Position numbers and translations under genes: made by a program. The notes beneath the pieces were generated by a model. That model was not told the origin of the DNA and did not search any database. It was given only the letters and a program-made list of their open reading frames with translations. From the IMG/VR virus record IMGVR_UViG_3300030329_006034, positions 1-64,000 of that record: a stretch of 64,000 nt of DNA; one strand, 5' to 3'. The stretch is from a virus. Each line of letters starts with the position of its first letter. Within the stretch, counting starts at the first letter, position 1. Below are positions 27,185 through 36,832 of the stretch, one piece after another.

Positions 27185-29139
27185 AGACCGTAACGTCTAA
27201 GCTCTTGTAACTGCCAGTGTGTCTTAGGCTTGTATTTTTCCTTAAAGGATTGAGGTTTAACCTCTGTCTTCTTATTACGTTTGTCTAAAGCAGCTTGCTC
27301 AGTGAGATAACCTGCAGTACTTGTCTTATAAGAGTCGAGCATTGGGCTATAACTAAACTCTTCTTCATTCTCAAAACCAGTTTCAAATGGACCTTCTGTT
27401 TTATCTTCCATATATTCTGTATATATGTCAAGTAAATTATTCCAATGTGAAGGATCTATTTTATTACTAATCATTGATTCTTTAAAAGTCATACCATTAT
27501 AAATATCTTGTTCTATTTTATCAACATATTTATAAAATACATCAGTAATACGTTCTTCCTCATCTATTTCCCACTCTGGAACATACGGAGGATTATCTAC
27601 ATCACTAAAAATACCTTCTTCTCCAGTTATTTCAAATTCATCTAAACCGGCATGCCGAGCTCTTTGTTTTAAATAACCTATAACTTGCGCTTTTACATCA
27701 TCATCTAATACTTTAGCAGCAACAATTTCATCTACAATATCTTTAAGATCGTGTAAGGATGCATCTGTTCCATCCGGGTTATTCATGTCAATAAGATAAT
27801 CCTCAAAATCTGTAATAGCTTGATTCAGTCCCGGGTGTAAATTATTAAAGTCTAAGTCCCACTTCTCGCCCCAGCGATCTCCGGAGATATCGTCTATCTC
27901 TTCCCGGGCTTGCTCATGTTCGTAGCCTTCAAGTTCTTCTGGTGTTCGTTTGATATAATCGTGCAAATCATCTTCTTCTTCTTCTGCTTTTCTTTCCCTT
28001 CCCATTTTCTTAAATGTTCTAGCTAAAGCTTTTCGTCTTGGCGTGCAAGTTTTCTTAGACATAGGCGTACAATATCCCTCATGATCCGGATCAACTGCTT
28101 TTTGAATCCAGTCCTCATTGTCTTCAGGTGTAGTTAGACCACCACCCTCTTCGCCCTGCGCGTAAGAACTAGGAGCACCACCCGGGTTATTAGCCATTGA
28201 TGGTCCTTCATATTCTTCGTCATCTATTTGCTCGTAATCTTCTTCAGCTCCAGGAAGATCTTTAAAACGTAAATAAGTCTCAGCTTGATCTATTACTTTT
28301 TGCGGAAGATGTAAAATAACTATGTTGTCAGTAACTCTACTAATATCGCCTTGCAACTCACTCTCAATTTTTTGCTCCAGTCCCTTTAAAGCTAGATTTT
28401 TTGCTGCTATAGCGAGCGGCATATCCGGGTCAATACTAAATTGAACACCATCGTTAGTAATCTCAACACCGTCTTCATTAGCATATCGCGAAACCATTTT
28501 ACTAACATCTTCAGCTCGATCCATGTCTTGAATTTTAATTTCAATAAATGTTGTCGGGTCGGCAGATACTATTTTGTCTATTTCTTTTTTAAAGTCACCG
28601 CTAATTGTATCAGCAGCATTTTCTATATCATCAACTGCATCCCCAACCGCGTCATCTAAATCCTCAGGGTCTACATCTTTTATAAATTCTCTATTTTTTG
28701 GTGTAAAGTTTTTTATAATATACTGTACTAATCTTGGTCGGTTTTCCGGATTGTTGACATACTCTGCTACTTCAACGCTTTTAGGATTTTCATCATTAAA
28801 GAGTTCCTCAAACACTTCAGGTGCTAGCTGAAGCAACACTTTTGGAAGATTCGTAGTAGATGTCGATGCTCTGGCCAATGCGTTGGCTACTTCACCACTA
28901 ATCATATCTAAATGTGCTTCACCTAATGCAGTTATATATAGCAGATTTGCTAACCTAGATAGCCCACCCGGAGGTGCCATCTTACCTGTCTTTGGATCTT
29001 CAGCTTTATATTTCGCAAACTCAGGTCGGAGTTTAGCAGACCCTACCATTGTTTTCCAGTCTTTTTCTTGTAAAATCTCTATCCGGTTGAATAAATCATT
29101 AAAGCCGCAAAAATTGTCGGTATAATCGAAGGAACTCAT
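27181..29139 (-). CDS. Large acidic late protein (putative virion/internal)
   Basis: 652 aa, very D/E-rich; TATAAATA 6 nt upstream. Confidence 0.6.
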   Translation of the reverse strand: MSSFDYTDNFCGFNDLFNRIEILQEKDWKTMVGSAKLRPEFAKYKAEDPKTGKMAPPGGLSRLANLLYITALGEAHLDMISGEVANALARASTSTTNLPKVLLQLAPEVFEELFNDENPKSVEVAEYVNNPENRPRLVQYIIKNFTPKNREFIKDVDPEDLDDAVGDAVDDIENAADTISGDFKKEIDKIVSADPTTFIEIKIQDMDRAEDVSKMVSRYANEDGVEITNDGVQFSIDPDMPLAIAAKNLALKGLEQKIESELQGDISRVTDNIVILHLPQKVIDQAETYLRFKDLPGAEEDYEQIDDEEYEGPSMANNPGGAPSSYAQGEEGGGLTTPEDNEDWIQKAVDPDHEGYCTPMSKKTCTPRRKALARTFKKMGRERKAEEEEDDLHDYIKRTPEELEGYEHEQAREEIDDISGDRWGEKWDLDFNNLHPGLNQAITDFEDYLIDMNNPDGTDASLHDLKDIVDEIVAAKVLDDDVKAQVIGYLKQRARHAGLDEFEITGEEGIFSDVDNPPYVPEWEIDEEERITDVFYKYVDKIEQDIYNGMTFKESMISNKIDPSHWNNLLDIYTEYMEDKTEGPFETGFENEEEFSYSPMLDSYKTSTAGYLTEQAALDKRNKKTEVKPQSFKEKYKPKTHWQLQELRRYGL

Positions 29140-29156
29140 ATAATATATTTATACCT

Positions 29157-29609
29157 ATGAAGCTAAATTATAAGGATTTTAACAAATTGACAGAGAAAGA
29201 GCTGTGTAAACTGCCTGGTGTAGGGAGGACAACAGCTAAACGTGTTTTAGGGTTTAGGCCTTTTAGAAATAATGAAGATCTATTTAAAGTAAAAGGACTA
29301 GGTAAAAAGACGCTTAAAAATTTAGGAATCGAAAAACCAAAAAAGAAAAAGAAAAAGTGGTTTACTATTGATGGTGTTGATTACCCAGATTATAGCTTAG
29401 CTAAAGACAGTAAGTTTGGTAATATTGATTTGTTTTGGAGGATTCCAGAAGAGCGTAGAAAGTCTGTAGCTGAACCTAGCCCGCATATACTAAGAATGCG
29501 AAAAATCTGTGAACGTATTAGAGAAGAAGGACCGGATGGTCCCTCGAGTCGGTATGTTGATAACTCATATATGTGGGAACCCGGCTTTAAGTTTGATTGG
29601 GAAGATTGA
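29157..29609 (+). CDS. Helix-hairpin-helix DNA-binding protein (ComEA-like)
   Basis: LPGVGRTTA...VKGLGKKT tandem HhH motifs. Confidence 0.75.
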   Translation: MKLNYKDFNKLTEKELCKLPGVGRTTAKRVLGFRPFRNNEDLFKVKGLGKKTLKNLGIEKPKKKKKKWFTIDGVDYPDYSLAKDSKFGNIDLFWRIPEERRKSVAEPSPHILRMRKICERIREEGPDGPSSRYVDNSYMWEPGFKFDWED

Positions 29610-29638
29610 ATAATAGCTATCATATACTAATATAATAT

Positions 29639-30316
29639 ATGTGCGCTATTTTTGGATCTTTTGATACTTCTATGTTTGAAGTATTGTACGAAGCAAACAA
29701 ACAGAGGGGTAATTTTGCTAGTAGCATTGTAAGTCTATCAGATGACGATCAATTTATACGTAAAAAGAAAGGTGATATAAACTTCGACAAATATACATAC
29801 GAACCAGATGCTAGCTATTTCTTAGGACATGTTCAAGCTCCAACTTCAGCCAAAAGAACATGGGAGTATGATACTTCACATCCTTTTGAATCTCTTTCAT
29901 GGATGGTTTCCCATAACGGTGTTTTAACTAACCATAAAAAACTTAAAAAAGAATACTGCAGTTTTATACAAAATAATGTAGACACGGCAGTAATTGTTAA
30001 TATACTAGAACACTTTACACAAAAAGAACACAGCAAGGGGCTTGTGGCGGTGAATCCTGTTCCTATTATTAAAAAGACGTTGCAATTATTATCCGGGACC
30101 TATGCTTTAAGTATTGTGTTTTGCGATACAAATGAAGTTTTCCTTGCAAGATCCGGATCTATTCTCCACTGTAATACAAAAGGTGACTATTCAACCATGC
30201 TAGGTACAGGGTTTAAAGAAATTCCAGAAGGTGTTATAGTAAAATTGAATAACAAAACACGTAGATGGAACAAGGTAGGTAAATTTAAACACGATTCACC
30301 GTTCTCGTTTATATAA
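29639..30316 (+). CDS. Class II (Ntn) glutamine amidotransferase
   Basis: N-terminal MCAIFG nucleophile, RG, GHVQAPT, HPF, HNG, VDT. Confidence 0.85.
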   Translation: MCAIFGSFDTSMFEVLYEANKQRGNFASSIVSLSDDDQFIRKKKGDINFDKYTYEPDASYFLGHVQAPTSAKRTWEYDTSHPFESLSWMVSHNGVLTNHKKLKKEYCSFIQNNVDTAVIVNILEHFTQKEHSKGLVAVNPVPIIKKTLQLLSGTYALSIVFCDTNEVFLARSGSILHCNTKGDYSTMLGTGFKEIPEGVIVKLNNKTRRWNKVGKFKHDSPFSFI

Positions 30317-30966
30317 TGGATACAATGATATTCTCAGCAACAGCAGGTAAAGAAAAAGATACCTTATTATGGAAAACAACAGAAAAAGATACTGTCGTTT
30401 TTAAAGAAAATAATAAAGACTCCTTGCAAAAGGTGTACAATAAAGCTATTGATTTTGCAATTCAAGAAAATGTACAAAAGTTGGTATTAGTACATGATGA
30501 TGTTATTTTGGAAAACTACTCTGATAGTAAATTAGATAGTCTATTCGAAAGGTTTGATGTTATAGGGTGCGCCGGAACTACAGAGGTTAAACTAAAGCCA
30601 CCAGCGTTATGGCATCTAATGGGTGGTGGTTTTGGATCCGGTAATTTATATGGTGCAGTTGCTCACGGTGATAAAAATAATAAACATATGACAGCTTTTG
30701 GTAAATATCCAAAGCGAGTTGTGTTACTAGATGGCGTCTTTTTAGCAATCCACCGTCGTGTGTTTGAAAAGGTTCGTTTTGATGAAAATTGTCCATCTAA
30801 ATGGCATTTTTATGATTTAGATTATTCTATGCAATGCCATAAAGAGGGATTTAAATTAGGCGTAGGTGATATTTTAATAACACATAACTCTCCTGGTCTT
30901 ACTTCCTTTACTAAGGAATTTAACGAAGGCCAGCAGTGGTTTTTAGACAAGTGGAAAACGAAATAA
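30316..30966 (+). CDS. Glycosyltransferase-like (GT-A)
   Basis: YN, LVHDDV, LDGVFL, FDE, WHFYDLD, HNS. Confidence 0.75.
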   Translation: MDTMIFSATAGKEKDTLLWKTTEKDTVVFKENNKDSLQKVYNKAIDFAIQENVQKLVLVHDDVILENYSDSKLDSLFERFDVIGCAGTTEVKLKPPALWHLMGGGFGSGNLYGAVAHGDKNNKHMTAFGKYPKRVVLLDGVFLAIHRRVFEKVRFDENCPSKWHFYDLDYSMQCHKEGFKLGVGDILITHNSPGLTSFTKEFNEGQQWFLDKWKTK

Positions 30967-30985
30967 CCTATAATACTATTATATT

Positions 30986-32293
30986 GTGAGTAAACTGGAC
31001 TTAGATTATTTTGAAAATGTCCTTATGTATAAGTCTCTTACTGATGGGACTTATCTTGCTTCTATTGCTGACTTCGTTCAACCAGATTACTTTAAGAACA
31101 AAGCAATTGCGAGTATTTTTAGTATTATTAAAGACTTTTCCGAAAATCGAAACAAGCTTCCTACTGTTACCGAAATTAAATCATATTTAGTATCTGATGA
31201 ACAAAAGAGTTCGTTTAAAGAACTAGTACAATCGTTTAATGATATCGATAAGAACTTAGATCGTGATGAATTATATGATAATACGGAACAGTTCCTAAAA
31301 GAAAAAGCTGTCTATCATACAATGCTTAACGTAGCAGAAGATGTATCTAGTGGTAAGGTAGATACATCTGATGTTTTAGATAAATTTGAAAAATCATGTA
31401 ACATTAGTCTTGTAACCGACTTGGGATTAGACCTATACTCTAATATCGATACTTTAATAGATGATATTAACTCCGTTGAACGACATATTCCAAGTAAGTG
31501 GGAATGGTTAGATAATAACCTCGGGGGTGGATTTTTAGAAGCTGGGAAATCGTTGTATGTTTTTGCTGGTGAAACAAATATCGGTAAATCTATCTTTTTA
31601 GGCAACATTGCACACAACATTGCACAAGAAGGTAAGAATGTGTTGCTTGTAACGCTAGAGATGTCAGAGCTTCTTTACGCTAGACGTATTTGTACTAATG
31701 TAACAAAGGTACCTATGAAGGAGTTAGTTGGTAATACTCCAGCTATTAAACAAGCCATAAGCGAAGAAAAAGGTAAAATTTTTATTAAGGAGTTTCCACC
31801 ATCAACCATTACTCCAAATCAGTTAAAAGGCTTTATTAAGAAGTTTCAAGAACAGGGTATTGAGCTAGATGCAATTGTACTTGACTATCTTAACCTTATG
31901 CACTCTACAATGGGTAATAACTCATATGAGCGAATTAAGCACGTCACCGAACAAGTGCGTGCTATGAGTTATTTGTTTAATTGTCCTATTATCTCTGCAA
32001 CGCAGTTAAATCGAGCAGGATTTGATACTGATAATCCTGATCTAGCTACTATTTCTGAATCTATTGGTCTTGCAGCAACTGCAGACGTAATATGCTCTAT
32101 CTTTCAAAATGAAGAAGATAGAGAATTAGGAATTATTAGGTTGGGGATGATGAAAAATCGCTATGGTCCAAGAGGTACATCACAAGCTATGCGTATTAAC
32201 TATTCAACTCTTTCTATTGAGGAAGCTGATGACGTAGAATTTGAGGACGAAAGCATGGAAACTCTTAATGCGTTAGCGGGACTTGCATCGTAA
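30986..32293 (+). CDS. gp41: Replicative DnaB-like helicase gp41
   Basis: GETNIGKS, TLEMS, IKEFP, LDYL, ATQLNR, SES, KNRYG. Confidence 0.93.
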   Translation: MSKLDLDYFENVLMYKSLTDGTYLASIADFVQPDYFKNKAIASIFSIIKDFSENRNKLPTVTEIKSYLVSDEQKSSFKELVQSFNDIDKNLDRDELYDNTEQFLKEKAVYHTMLNVAEDVSSGKVDTSDVLDKFEKSCNISLVTDLGLDLYSNIDTLIDDINSVERHIPSKWEWLDNNLGGGFLEAGKSLYVFAGETNIGKSIFLGNIAHNIAQEGKNVLLVTLEMSELLYARRICTNVTKVPMKELVGNTPAIKQAISEEKGKIFIKEFPPSTITPNQLKGFIKKFQEQGIELDAIVLDYLNLMHSTMGNNSYERIKHVTEQVRAMSYLFNCPIISATQLNRAGFDTDNPDLATISESIGLAATADVICSIFQNEEDRELGIIRLGMMKNRYGPRGTSQAMRINYSTLSIEEADDVEFEDESMETLNALAGLAS

Positions 32294-32316
32294 GGAACTC
32301 TTTGTAAATAGTAATA

Positions 32317-33189
32317 GTGAATATCCAAGTATGGACAGATACTGACTTACACGGAGCTGGGTCTGCTCTCGTTTTAAAGTGGTTATATAAAGATGCTAAA
32401 ACATTTAGTGTCAATGACGTCTCTGAGTATACTTTTACTGGTAGATTCAAAGGCGCAGAGCAAACATTAGATCATTATGATAGGGTCTATATTGTTGAGT
32501 TAAATTTAACTCCGGAACAAATTAAGTTAGCTGATCGTCATAATGTTGTTGTTATTGACACGCATAAAAATCACATTAACAATAAATCACTTTATAAAAA
32601 AGCAAAAGTTATTTTAGAAGACAGCCCATCAACACCTGATTTAATTTATAATAAGTTTGGTGACCATTTGCTCCATCTAACTGATAAACAGTTATTAATG
32701 ATTGAGTATATTAGTACATATGATTGGTATAATACAAGGTATAAAGAATCTCTTAAATTAAATGCAATATATTATAATTTAAATTCTCCAAAAACAGAAA
32801 ACTTTATTTCAGCATTTTGTGACGGGTTTAGAGATTTTACAGTTCATGAAAAAAATGCTATTAAGCTCTACTTTAAAAAATTTAAGGACCAAATCGAAAA
32901 CAACGGCGTTTTTAAAGGCAAAATTAAAGAATACAATATTGTCGCGACATTTGGAAATTATGCAGTCGGTGAGCTAGCTCATTTTTTAATTAAAAAATAC
33001 AACGCGGATATAGGTATAGTAGTTAACTCACAAGCTAAAGCAGTCTCGTTTAGAAGATCAAAATTAAGCGATGTGGATGTTAGTATCCTAGCTAAGAACT
33101 TGTGTCAAGGCGGTGGTCATGCTTCAGCAGCTGGAGGTAAGTTAACAGAACAGTTTGCAACTTTAACCAAAAAATTTACCCCATGTTAA
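32317..33189 (+). CDS. DHH/DHHA1 phosphoesterase-family protein (degenerate motifs)
   Basis: DTDLHG, IDTH, YD, SFR, GGGHASAAGG. Confidence 0.7.
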   Translation: MNIQVWTDTDLHGAGSALVLKWLYKDAKTFSVNDVSEYTFTGRFKGAEQTLDHYDRVYIVELNLTPEQIKLADRHNVVVIDTHKNHINNKSLYKKAKVILEDSPSTPDLIYNKFGDHLLHLTDKQLLMIEYISTYDWYNTRYKESLKLNAIYYNLNSPKTENFISAFCDGFRDFTVHEKNAIKLYFKKFKDQIENNGVFKGKIKEYNIVATFGNYAVGELAHFLIKKYNADIGIVVNSQAKAVSFRRSKLSDVDVSILAKNLCQGGGHASAAGGKLTEQFATLTKKFTPC

Positions 33190-33479
33190 TTACTAATGCC
33201 CCGAAATCACCGTCCTCAACTTTGATCAAAGATGAAACTGATCACCTGTTAATGTGTTTTTGTACATTTTGTTCCTTATTAAAGGGTAAAAAGTTATCGT
33301 TGCAGAACGTGTTTATACTAGTATTACAAGAAGAAAGACTCCGAAATATTCTTAAAGACCTTTTAACCATTGAAACTAACTTTGATGTAGTTAAACTATT
33401 TATAGACTTTGAACCTTCGATTACAAAATCGAAATATATTACAAAGTTCCTTAATGCTAATTCAAACATCAAGTTATGA
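33183..33479 (+). CDS. Hypothetical protein
   Basis: 98-aa ORF, translationally coupled to neighbours. Confidence 0.55.
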   Translation: MLITNAPKSPSSTLIKDETDHLLMCFCTFCSLLKGKKLSLQNVFILVLQEERLRNILKDLLTIETNFDVVKLFIDFEPSITKSKYITKFLNANSNIKL

Positions 33480-34162
33480 TTAATGAAAAGGAAAAATCTA
33501 TATATAACAGTTTTTTATACGCGTCTCGAAAAGCAAAGAACAAACCAGTTCGGTTAAGGCAAAATTTTGACAATATAGCTAGTAAAGATGAAGTAGCTCT
33601 TAAAAAGCTTAATAACCTTTTATCAAAATACTCGCATATTAATTATAGTGATTTTTTTATAGCGCCATATGAAGTATATGGCCCGGATGAGTACTTTGAT
33701 TTGTCGTTCTTTAATACGAGAAGAGCTATAAAGTGCTATTCGTTATATTGTAAAGATAAAGAAACACGAGACCCGGATAGTGAAGATACTATTAGCACAT
33801 TAAAGGAATGTTTAAAGTTTATCTATAAATACTGTTCCGAAGAAAAAATAACACTCCAGGAATATAAAACATATATACCGGGAGTAGCTTCGGATCTTTT
33901 ACCGGGTAGTGCAATACCAGAAGTATTTTATCATTTAAAAAACCACCATATCAATTTCTATACACTACACGCGCTTTATATGGATACAGCAGTAAAAGAT
34001 ATAGATACAGAAATATTCAATTGGTTTATACCTGATTTTATAGATTTATATTCCAAGACACGTATTAAATTTTTAAGTTCCAAATCACTTAAGGAAAAGG
34101 CAAAAAAGGGTCTGAAAATAATAGAACAAAAACTGTTGAAGTTCAGCGCGCAGTCGTTATAA
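33476..34162 (+). CDS. Hypothetical protein (position of T4 gp59 helicase loader)
   Basis: 228-aa basic helical ORF directly upstream of gp32; homology not established. Confidence 0.55.
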   Translation: MINEKEKSIYNSFLYASRKAKNKPVRLRQNFDNIASKDEVALKKLNNLLSKYSHINYSDFFIAPYEVYGPDEYFDLSFFNTRRAIKCYSLYCKDKETRDPDSEDTISTLKECLKFIYKYCSEEKITLQEYKTYIPGVASDLLPGSAIPEVFYHLKNHHINFYTLHALYMDTAVKDIDTEIFNWFIPDFIDLYSKTRIKFLSSKSLKEKAKKGLKIIEQKLLKFSAQSL

Positions 34163-34163
34163 T
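34136..34163 (+). promoter_or_regulatory. sigma70-like promoter of gp32 operon
   Basis: TTGAAG-N16-TATAAT-N6-ATG. Confidence 0.65.
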
Positions 34164-34169
34164 TATGGC

Positions 34170-35000
34170 ATGAGTACTTTTAATACTTCAATGTTTCAAT
34201 CAATTAAAGACGCGTTAGCAAGCTCTGATAGTAAGGGCTCTGCTACATTCAACGAAATTATGCAGACTAAGGTCGGTAATACGTTTACGGTTAGACTTTT
34301 GCCTTTTGCAAAAGATCCTAGTAAGACATTTTTTCATTATTACAATCACGGGTGGAATTCCTTTGCTACTGGACAGTATGTGCAGACGTTAAGTCCGCAG
34401 ACGTTTGGTGAGCGTGATCCTATCGCTGAAGAACGTTTCAAGGTTCTTCGTACTGGTAGTGAAGAAGATAAAGAAAAGATGAGTGCTGTTCGTCGTTTGG
34501 AAAAATGGCTTGTAAATGTTTATGTTATTGACGACCCTGTCAATCCAGACAACAACGGTAAGGTAAAAATTCTGCGGTATGGTAAGCAGCTTCAAAAAAT
34601 TATTACTGAAGCTATTGAAGGCGAAGATGCTGAAGAGTTTGGTCCACGTATTTTCGATCTTGGTTCTGAAGGTGTAAACTTTAAGATCAAGGTTGAGCAG
34701 CAAGGTGATTTTCCGACATACGTTTCTTCGAGATTTACCGCTGCTGGTAAAGTTGATCTTTCGGAAGACCAGCAAAAGGATATTTATGATGGTGTGTTTG
34801 ATCTCACCGAGGTGTTTACTCTTAAGTCTTATGATGATCTTAAGGAAATGTTCAACGAGCATTACTACTGCAAGACTGAAGATACTACCCCGGAGACAAC
34901 AGCGCCAGTTCCGGAAGCAACTCCAGCAGAGCCAGAGCCGGTAGCTGTTGCTAATGACACGGTAGAAGAAGATATTGACGACTTGTTAAAGGATCTTTAA
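34170..35000 (+). CDS. gp32: Single-stranded DNA-binding protein gp32
   Basis: VRLLP, HGW, NVYVIDDP.NPDNNGKV..YGK, FD...G.NFKIK, acidic tail DIDDLLKDL. Confidence 0.88.
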   Translation: MSTFNTSMFQSIKDALASSDSKGSATFNEIMQTKVGNTFTVRLLPFAKDPSKTFFHYYNHGWNSFATGQYVQTLSPQTFGERDPIAEERFKVLRTGSEEDKEKMSAVRRLEKWLVNVYVIDDPVNPDNNGKVKILRYGKQLQKIITEAIEGEDAEEFGPRIFDLGSEGVNFKIKVEQQGDFPTYVSSRFTAAGKVDLSEDQQKDIYDGVFDLTEVFTLKSYDDLKEMFNEHYYCKTEDTTPETTAPVPEATPAEPEPVAVANDTVEEDIDDLLKDL

Positions 35001-35001
35001 T

Positions 35002-35487
35002 ATGCAAGAACCACCAATGACGCCAGAGGCTAAAGCAGCCCTAATGCAATTTGTTGGCCAGACATATGGTCAAATGAATAAGCAAGATCAAATGATTGTA
35101 GGTCAATCGGGTAATTTACAGCCCAAGTCTGATCAATTAAGACAAACATTTGAATCGGTAGCAAAAATGCCTACAGCGCAAAGACCTCAGCAAGCACCAC
35201 CGCCTCAGCAAGCACCACCAGCGGAAGAGCCACCTCAGCAAGTTGCTCCTGTTACACCGGAGCAAGCGGCGAAGGAGTTACAGCAACAAGCTACGCCACC
35301 ATCACCTGTAGGGCCTCAAGGACAACCAGGTATACCAGGACAACTAGATTTAGATTTTAGCGAACCAAGTAAAGCAGATAAGCTTATTAGTATTCTGGAG
35401 AAGCAAAATTTGATTCTTAAAGAAATAAGCTTAAAATTAGATAATGGAAAACCTCTTAAAGCTAACAAACAAAAGCGAATTTCTTAA
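35002..35487 (+). CDS. Hypothetical Pro/Gln-rich protein
   Basis: 161 aa, PQQAPP repeats. Confidence 0.6.
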   Translation: MQEPPMTPEAKAALMQFVGQTYGQMNKQDQMIVGQSGNLQPKSDQLRQTFESVAKMPTAQRPQQAPPPQQAPPAEEPPQQVAPVTPEQAAKELQQQATPPSPVGPQGQPGIPGQLDLDFSEPSKADKLISILEKQNLILKEISLKLDNGKPLKANKQKRIS

Positions 35488-36166
35488 GTTTCTAGACGCT
35501 ATATCTAAAATTAACGATCAAGGTGTAATTTTAGATATTAAAGATCAAAAAGTATCAGCTCTTGTTTCGAGTCTAGATAACACGTTGATACTTCATACCG
35601 AGCTAACAGGTACTGATGGGGCAGACAATACTTTAAATATACCAGATGTTAAAAAGTTTAAGCATGTTCTGGATACTATAGAAGGTGAGAGTGTAGATCT
35701 TATCATTAATCAAAATAATATTGAATACAAGGGCAACGATATCAAATTTAAATATCATCTCTACGAAGAAGGTTTTATAACTCGCCCTAGTATTAATTTA
35801 GATAAAATTAATAAATTTACGTACGATGTAGAGTTTAAATTAGATAAAAACACCCTACAGCGTATTTTTAAAGGCTGTGGATTTGCTCATGAAACTAATA
35901 AAATCTATTTTTATACAGATAATAATAGATTGATGGCTGAGCTTACAGATAGAGCCCGACATAATACTGATAACTTTACATTATCTGTCTGTGATGCGGA
36001 CTTTACGTTAGATCCCATACCGGTAAATTTAGATAATATAAGACTTTTATCTGTTATTGATGATGGGTTTAATGTGAGAGTTAATACTGAATACGGTGTC
36101 GTTGTATTTGATATTCAGAGCAATGATATTAAATTAAAGTATATAATCTCAGCCTTAACTCAATGA
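35444..36166 (+). CDS. gp45: Probable sliding clamp gp45
   Basis: 240 aa alternating alpha/beta, N-terminal FLDAISKIN, C-terminal LKYII; replication context. Confidence 0.6.
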   Translation: MENLLKLTNKSEFLKFLDAISKINDQGVILDIKDQKVSALVSSLDNTLILHTELTGTDGADNTLNIPDVKKFKHVLDTIEGESVDLIINQNNIEYKGNDIKFKYHLYEEGFITRPSINLDKINKFTYDVEFKLDKNTLQRIFKGCGFAHETNKIYFYTDNNRLMAELTDRARHNTDNFTLSVCDADFTLDPIPVNLDNIRLLSVIDDGFNVRVNTEYGVVVFDIQSNDIKLKYIISALTQ

Positions 36167-36501
36167 TCGTGAACCAAAAGAAAAATAAACTAAAGACGCC
36201 GGGCTACTTTATTAAACGTCTTAAAGATAACGATTTTGTTACTTTACGAATTTTTACTAAATACAGTGAATCTGATCCACGTAAATGGACAGTTTTAGTT
36301 GACCCGGGAGGAGCGTCCGTTTTTATTACTTGTTTTGAAAACACCCCGTTTAGAGGAGAGTATCTGTTTTCCTTTAATGATGGTAATCAAAACTTTAATA
36401 ATAATTTTAGCCTAAAGACCGATTCTATTGAAGTCGTTGTTCAAAAGCTCTTAAAGAGTGGTGTTCGCCAGAAGGATGAAAGTGATTTTTTAAATAAATA
36501 A
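36163..36501 (+). CDS. Hypothetical protein
   Basis: 112-aa coupled ORF. Confidence 0.6.
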   Translation: MIVNQKKNKLKTPGYFIKRLKDNDFVTLRIFTKYSESDPRKWTVLVDPGGASVFITCFENTPFRGEYLFSFNDGNQNFNNNFSLKTDSIEVVVQKLLKSGVRQKDESDFLNK

Positions 36502-36505
36502 TAAT

Positions 36506-36832
36506 ATGGGTGATAGAGATCAAGATCAAAGCTTCGATAATGATGAAGAGCTAAGAGAAATGGTTGAACGAGCTCTCAAGGAAAGTATTAAAGAGAAAAA
36601 AACGTTTAAACGCCGTAAAGATTTAGCGTATAGAATATCCTCTATAATTAGCGAATATTTAGATTGCTATATCTTATTGGGGTATGACTTCAATGGCAGG
36701 CACTTAGACATAAAAGCGGCAAATACCCCGCAACAAGCAGAAGCTCTTAATTCCTTTTTACTCAAATATTTTGCATCTGAAGCGCATTCAATAAAAGGTT
36801 TAAATCCCCCAGGGCCTGATGAGCTATTGTAA
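36506..36832 (+). CDS. Hypothetical protein
   Basis: 108-aa ORF; ATAAATA 5 nt upstream. Confidence 0.6.
   Translation: MGDRDQDQSFDNDEELREMVERALKESIKEKKTFKRRKDLAYRISSIISEYLDCYILLGYDFNGRHLDIKAANTPQQAEALNSFLLKYFASEAHSIKGLNPPGPDELL

Noticed and set aside
34389-34944. Alternative-frame ORFs inside gp32
   Set aside because: They are fully nested in a well-supported gene and have no independent signals or motifs.
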